Shown: in pieces, positions 37,580 through 41,764 of the stretch
Layout of the letters: every line of letters starts with the position of its first letter
Numbering within the stretch: the first letter of the stretch is position 1
Assembly: GCA_040405695.1 (NCBI GenBank)
Contig: JARVCL010000090.1
Location: forward strand, 1-41,764
Direction: 5' to 3'
DNA: 41,764 nucleotides
DNA from: Halorubrum sp.
GTDB taxonomy: Archaea; Halobacteriota; Halobacteria; Halobacteriales; Haloferacaceae
The notes under the pieces: generated by a model
Seen by the model: only the letters and a program-made list of their open reading frames with translations
Databases searched by the model: none
What the model was told of the DNA's origin: nothing
Translations under genes and position numbers: made by a program

Positions 37580-38938
37580 CTACTCCGGTCTGGGAACGAC
37601 GAACACGCGGAGATCGTTGACGTTGGTCCCGGTCGGGCCGGTTTTCAGGAGGGCGTCCGCGTCGTCGAGTGCCGGAAACACGTCGTTCCGGTCGAGAGCG
37701 GCCCGCGCACGGTCCTCGGAGACGGTGTCGGCATCGACGACGGCACCGGCGACGTCGGTCGAACCGTCGATTCCGTCGGTGTCCACGCTGCCGACGACGA
37801 TGTCGGCGCCGTCCAGCTCGACGCCGGCGCTCAACGCGAACTCCTGGTTCGGTCCTCCCTTGCCGTGGTCCTCGGCAAGCGTAACCGTCGTCTCGCCGCC
37901 GGACAGTAGGACGACGGGGGGTTCGGTCGGCGACCCAGTCTCACGGCACTCCTCGGCGATGGCGGCATGTGTGAGCGCCGATTCCTGGGCCTCGCCTTGG
38001 ACCCCGGCGGCGAGCAGCAACGATTCGTATCCGTGGTCGGTGGCCGTTTCCGCGGCGGCTGTAAGCGCGTTTCGGCCGTTTCCGATGACGTGAGACGAGA
38101 TACGATCAAACGCCGTATCGGAGGTAGTCGGAGTTTCGGGGACCTTGCCGTCGGCCCCGGCACGGAGGTGTTCACGGACGCTCGTTGGCAGCTCCAGATC
38201 GTATTCGTCCACCACCAAGAGCGCATCCCCATATGTGGTCGGGTCGGGAGCGGTCGGGCCGCTCCCGATCACGCCGAGATCGTCCCCCACGACATCACTG
38301 AGCACAAGGTTCACGACTGATGCAGGTGACGATCGTCGAGCGAGCCGTCCGCCTTTGATCGCGGAGCAGTGTTTGCGGACCGCGTTGATCTCGTCGATCG
38401 GTGCGCCGGACGCGAGCAGTTCCGTCGTGAGCCGTCGGAGATCTCCCACCCCGATCGAGTCAACCGGTGCGGCGAGAAGCGCGCTCCCGCCACCCGAGAT
38501 CACTGAGATGATCAGGTCATCGGCACCGGCCGCGTCGACTCGCTCGAGGAGGCGTTCGGTCCCCGCGACGCCCCGTGGGCTCGGCAAGGGGTGATCACCC
38601 GGGACCGTTTCAACGTCCGCCGTTTCCGCCGGGGTATCGGTGACGACGACCCCGCCGGCGAGCCGATCCCCGAGCCGTGTCTCCAACGCTGCCGCCATTT
38701 CTCCCGCCGCGTTACCTCCACCGATGACGATGACGTCGCCATACGCCGAGAGATCGTACGTCACGCTGGTTCCGTCGACCGCCGTGATCGTGAGCGATTC
38801 ACCGTGAACCGATACCGCATCGGCGACGATCGCGCTCGGATGTGCGGCCTCGATCCCTGCGAGGAGACAGTCGACGGCGAGCTCGTGAGCCGGCGTTCGA
38901 GAGAGGGATTCCCGGGTCTCGTCTGAAGGTCCGTCCAT
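37580..38938 (-). CDS. Glycerate 2-kinase (MOFRL/GckA/TtuD family)
   Basis: HPLP, ISGGGSAL, INAVRKH.S.IKGG, SDVVGD...IGSGPT, GGETTV, GGPNQE, TDGIDG, TGPTGTNVND; likely start MDGPS at 38938. Confidence 0.9.
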   Translation of the reverse strand: MDGPSDETRESLSRTPAHELAVDCLLAGIEAAHPSAIVADAVSVHGESLTITAVDGTSVTYDLSAYGDVIVIGGGNAAGEMAAALETRLGDRLAGGVVVTDTPAETADVETVPGDHPLPSPRGVAGTERLLERVDAAGADDLIISVISGGGSALLAAPVDSIGVGDLRRLTTELLASGAPIDEINAVRKHCSAIKGGRLARRSSPASVVNLVLSDVVGDDLGVIGSGPTAPDPTTYGDALLVVDEYDLELPTSVREHLRAGADGKVPETPTTSDTAFDRISSHVIGNGRNALTAAAETATDHGYESLLLAAGVQGEAQESALTHAAIAEECRETGSPTEPPVVLLSGGETTVTLAEDHGKGGPNQEFALSAGVELDGADIVVGSVDTDGIDGSTDVAGAVVDADTVSEDRARAALDRNDVFPALDDADALLKTGPTGTNVNDLRVFVVPRPE

Positions 38939-39021
38939 GTTCGCCTCTGACCGGGAGGGATAATCAATGTTGGAGGCCGTGTCGCACCCCGAAAAACGGC
39001 ATGTCGACGATGATGAACCGA

Positions 39022-40152
39022 TCACGCATCGAACGGCACGTGCCGCTCGATGGTCCCGATCACGTCGCTCGGATTGATGTCGAGACCGTCGATAGGGACG
39101 GGTTCGACCGTTCGCGTGGGCCACGCGCCGGTCGTCGTCAGTGTCTTCGTTCGGTCGCCCGCGATCAGGTGTGTGTCCTCGCTTTTCGTCCCCTGAACGG
39201 TCGGGTTCCACGCGTACGCCATCGGTTCGCGGACCGGTTCGGTTCCGGCGGGCGTCGCGACCCATTCACGTGCCGCGTATCCGGTCACGCCGCCCTGGTG
39301 GTGGTGTCGCCACTCCCCCTCGAACCCGAGCGTGTCGTACGCCTCCCGGATCGCCGCGAACACGTCCCCGGACGTCCCGGTTCCGTCAAGGACGCCGAGT
39401 GCCGCGGCGCGAGTGGCGGCGAGGGCGGTCGCCTCGATGCGCATCGCGGCTCGGTGTCGGTCCAGTAGCCACTCGGGCGGATCGAAGGCGACGGTTCGGG
39501 TGAGGGAGGCGTATAACCCGTCGCGTTCGGCGGTCACGGAGACGAGCACGTAGGACCCGAGCAGCGCGTCCGTCGGCGTGAAGTGACGATACGACCCCGC
39601 ACGCTCGGCGCCCCCGACGAGCACGACCGGGGCGTTCATGCCACCCGACGAGAGCTCGGTCTCGATCGCCCTCGCGACGTCACGTTCGAGGTCCTCGGCG
39701 TCGAGCTCCCGACAGACCTTCTCAACGGCGGCAGCGGCGTCCCGACCGAGCAGTCGATATCGATCGACGCCGTGTTCGGAAAGCGGGTAGCGGAGTCGGT
39801 CGATATCGATCGTATCGAACCCTGGAACGTCGAAATCCGCCGCTGCGGGCATCGGTGACCGGTTCGTGACCGCCTCCACAATCCACCGTTCGTGCCAAGG
39901 GAACGACTCCACGGAGACGACGTCCGAAAGTTCCTCTTGACGGAGTCGCTCCGCCTCGACGTTGCTCGTGACGACGCGGAACGTGCCGTCGTATCCCGCC
40001 GCCGCGATGCCGATATCCGCGTCCCGATCGATTACGTTGCTTCCGCCCACGAGCCAGGTGAATCCACCGGGACGCGCGAACCAGAGGGCCTCAAGATCTT
40101 GGCGATCGAGATAGTCGTCCAGACGACTGGCGCGAAGCGAAGGATCAAACAC
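39022..40152 (-). CDS. M24-fold protein with non-canonical metal site
   Basis: Creatinase-like N-domain; YRHFTPT, GLYASLTRT, HHQGG, WNPT, KSEDT. Confidence 0.75.
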   Translation of the reverse strand: MFDPSLRASRLDDYLDRQDLEALWFARPGGFTWLVGGSNVIDRDADIGIAAAGYDGTFRVVTSNVEAERLRQEELSDVVSVESFPWHERWIVEAVTNRSPMPAAADFDVPGFDTIDIDRLRYPLSEHGVDRYRLLGRDAAAAVEKVCRELDAEDLERDVARAIETELSSGGMNAPVVLVGGAERAGSYRHFTPTDALLGSYVLVSVTAERDGLYASLTRTVAFDPPEWLLDRHRAAMRIEATALAATRAAALGVLDGTGTSGDVFAAIREAYDTLGFEGEWRHHHQGGVTGYAAREWVATPAGTEPVREPMAYAWNPTVQGTKSEDTHLIAGDRTKTLTTTGAWPTRTVEPVPIDGLDINPSDVIGTIERHVPFDA

Positions 40153-40349
40153 TGATGGACACTCAACAGTATTGATCAGGCTCCTCGGATATTAATCGTT
40201 CGTCGAGTCAAGGAGCCCCCTCGCCACCCGGCAGGGTATCGAGTAATGAGTTCGTCCGCTACGCCTTTGACATCCGCCGGCAAAAGATGGTCGTTTAAAT
40301 TCGGGATGTTGCAGATGTTCAAATACATATTATTTCATGGTCAATTCGG

Positions 40350-41040
40350 GGTCGCGTTAAGTTAGTGAATGAGGCGCTCGACTTCAGAGTGCTTATGGCC
40401 GAAATCGAACGCCTCAGCGAACGTACCGCGTGGATCGACTTGTCGTTTGTGGAGCGAGATCGAACACCGCGCTGGGCGATTGAAGTAGGGATTCGGTGTC
40501 ACTTGGCCGGTATGTCACTACGTGAGGTAAGTAAACATCTCGAGGGGTTTGGGATCGATCGGAGTCACGTCGCCATTCATAACTGGGTTCATAAAGCCGA
40601 TCTACAGCCGATCTCAACCGTTTCAGAGGATCAACTCGCGGTTGACGAAAAGATGATCCGCCTCCACGGCCAGAAGTTCTGGCTGTACGGCGCGGTTGAT
40701 CCGTATACAAACGAGATCCTTCACGTGAGCCTCTATCCGACCGCAAATAAACAGACGACGCGATGGTTTCTCACCAAGCTACACCGGCGCTATCAACTCG
40801 ATACCGTGGAGTTTCTCGTCGATGACGCAGATCATCTCAGATCAGTCCTCGCTGAAGACGGCTATCGATTTCAAGTTATTCGGCATGGAAATCGGAATGC
40901 TATCGAACGTGTCTTTTAGGAAATAGAACGGCGAACATCATCGTTTGCGAATAGTTTCAGCAATGTCGCGCTAGAGACAGCTCAAAATTGGCTCGAAGCT
41001 GTCGCCGTCTACCACAATTCACGCCAAACTTAACGCGACC
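40350..41040 (+). mobile_element. IS6-family insertion sequence (691 bp), complete ends
   Basis: Perfect 14-bp terminal inverted repeats GGTCGCGTTAAGTT (40350-40363) and AACTTAACGCGACC (41027-41040); 8-bp direct repeat CAATTCGG at 40342-40349 and 41041-41048. Confidence 0.93.
40395..41033 (+). pseudogene. IS6-family DDE transposase with internal amber stop
   Basis: HLAGMSLR, SHVAIHNWVHK, VDE, WLYGAVDP, VDD, NRNAIER; TAG at 40917-40919, then the frame continues EIERRTSSFANSF...AVYHN to TAA 41031-41033 inside the right inverted repeat. Confidence 0.9.
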
Positions 41041-41185
41041 CAATTCGGCGATCCAATTTAGTCAATTACGTCGGTCAGGAAGTACCACTCTTTGGTTCGA
41101 GACAGTGATGACTGTGATGCCGATAATCTCATATACACTGAGACACGATCCACTAAAATTAGTTGCAGGACGACAAGATGCTTGT

Positions 41186-41692
41186 ATGAGCAAGAACCTC
41201 TCGCCCGCGGTCACGCTGACGCGTGAGCAGAAAGAGCAGCGGCGATTGGCCGCTGCTCAGGAACTTCTGGAAGGTGAGAAGACGCAAACGCAGATTGCCG
41301 AGGACCACGGTGTGACGCCGGGGGCAGTTTCCCAATGGAAGTCAACACTCGAAGAAGAGGGGATAGAGGGGCTGAAAACCACCACTGACGAGGGCAACCA
41401 AGGTCCTGATTATGCTCTTGATGAGCAAGACAGAGAGCAACTCGTCGAGTTGCTCGAAGACGGGGCCCAAGCACACGGTTGGGAAATTGATCTCTGGACA
41501 TCCAAGCGTGTGGCTACGCTGATCGAACAGGAATTCGATATCGACTACACTCCTCGCCATTGCTCGCGGATTCTCCGCGAGCTTGGCTACCGGCCGGTCA
41601 AACCCAGAGAAGGCGCTGCTGAGAAAGATCCTGAAGAGAAGCGTCGCTGGCTCAACGAAGAAGCCTCAGTCGATCACATCGGATTTGAGTGA
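41186..41692 (+). pseudogene. IS630-family transposase N-terminal (HTH/winged-helix) part, truncated
   Basis: RRLAAAQEL, IAE..GVT..AVSQW, GAQAHG....WTSKRVA.LI..EF.I.Y......LRELGY...KP...A.E.D; no DDE domain follows. Confidence 0.8.
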
Positions 41693-41764
41693 AAGTGTCT
41701 GCTTGGCAAAAGTGTGAAACCTACCGAAGCAGACAGCGAGATAGAGGAAGAGCACCTGCTTAAT
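41664..41764 (+). mobile_element. Left end of a probable ISH3-family IS; transposase begins at GTG 41714 and runs off the window
   Basis: 41714-41764 translates to (M)KPTEADSEIEEEHLLN, resembling haloarchaeal ISH3-family transposase N-termini as recalled; IS630 similarity stops near 41663; exact left boundary approximate. Confidence 0.65.

Noticed and set aside
38939-39265. N-terminal extension of glycerate kinase in the 561-aa ORF call
   Set aside because: It overlaps the M24 gene in another frame and is Arg-rich, unlike halophilic proteins. ATG 38938 fits the family start better.
40917-40919. Amber readthrough (pyrrolysine) in the IS6 transposase
   Set aside because: No pyl genes are present and Halobacteria are not known to use pyrrolysine. 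A point nonsense mutation is the simpler explanation.
40988-41185. N-terminal extension of the IS630 ORF
   Set aside because: It runs through the IS6 right end and intergenic DNA. Transposase-like sequence begins at ATG 41186.

Overview
High-GC haloarchaeal (Halobacteria-type) accessory DNA, judged from very acidic proteins, Tat-exported lipoproteins, and TATA boxes about 25-30 bp upstream of apparently leaderless starts. It is densely packed with catabolic genes in three blocks. (1) 87-8049: an unusual cluster with an opine-dehydrogenase-family enzyme, an MLE-subgroup enolase, a 4-oxalocrotonate tautomerase, a VOC protein, an orphan dipicolinate synthase subunit A (DpaA/SpoVFA) homologue, an M24 peptidase, an amidohydrolase, a PPOX-like protein and a histidine phosphatase. 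(2) 8176-22059: an alpha-xyloside/pentose locus with a YicI-type GH31, xylose dehydrogenase, xylonate dehydratase, FAH-family dehydratase, a second sugar-acid dehydratase, a Gfo/Idh/MocA enzyme and a five-gene sugar ABC transporter. (3) 22122-40152: a putative N-heterocycle/C1 catabolic island with a MetF-like reductase, PHP hydrolase, amidase, SDR, NitT/TauT ABC transporter, ALDH, hydantoinase A plus a hydantoinase B fused to an acetone-carboxylase-gamma-like Zn domain, a markedly AtzA/TriA-like amidohydrolase, glycerate kinase and a metal-site-degenerate M24 protein. A 16-bp motif shared between promoters links parts of this island. The window ends in an IS pile-up: a complete IS6-family element with inverted repeats, an 8-bp target duplication and a nonsense-mutated transposase, then an IS630 fragment apparently interrupted by an ISH3-family element. 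No transcription factor, RNA gene or CRISPR array is seen. Family calls come from motif recognition and recalled sequences, not from database searches.
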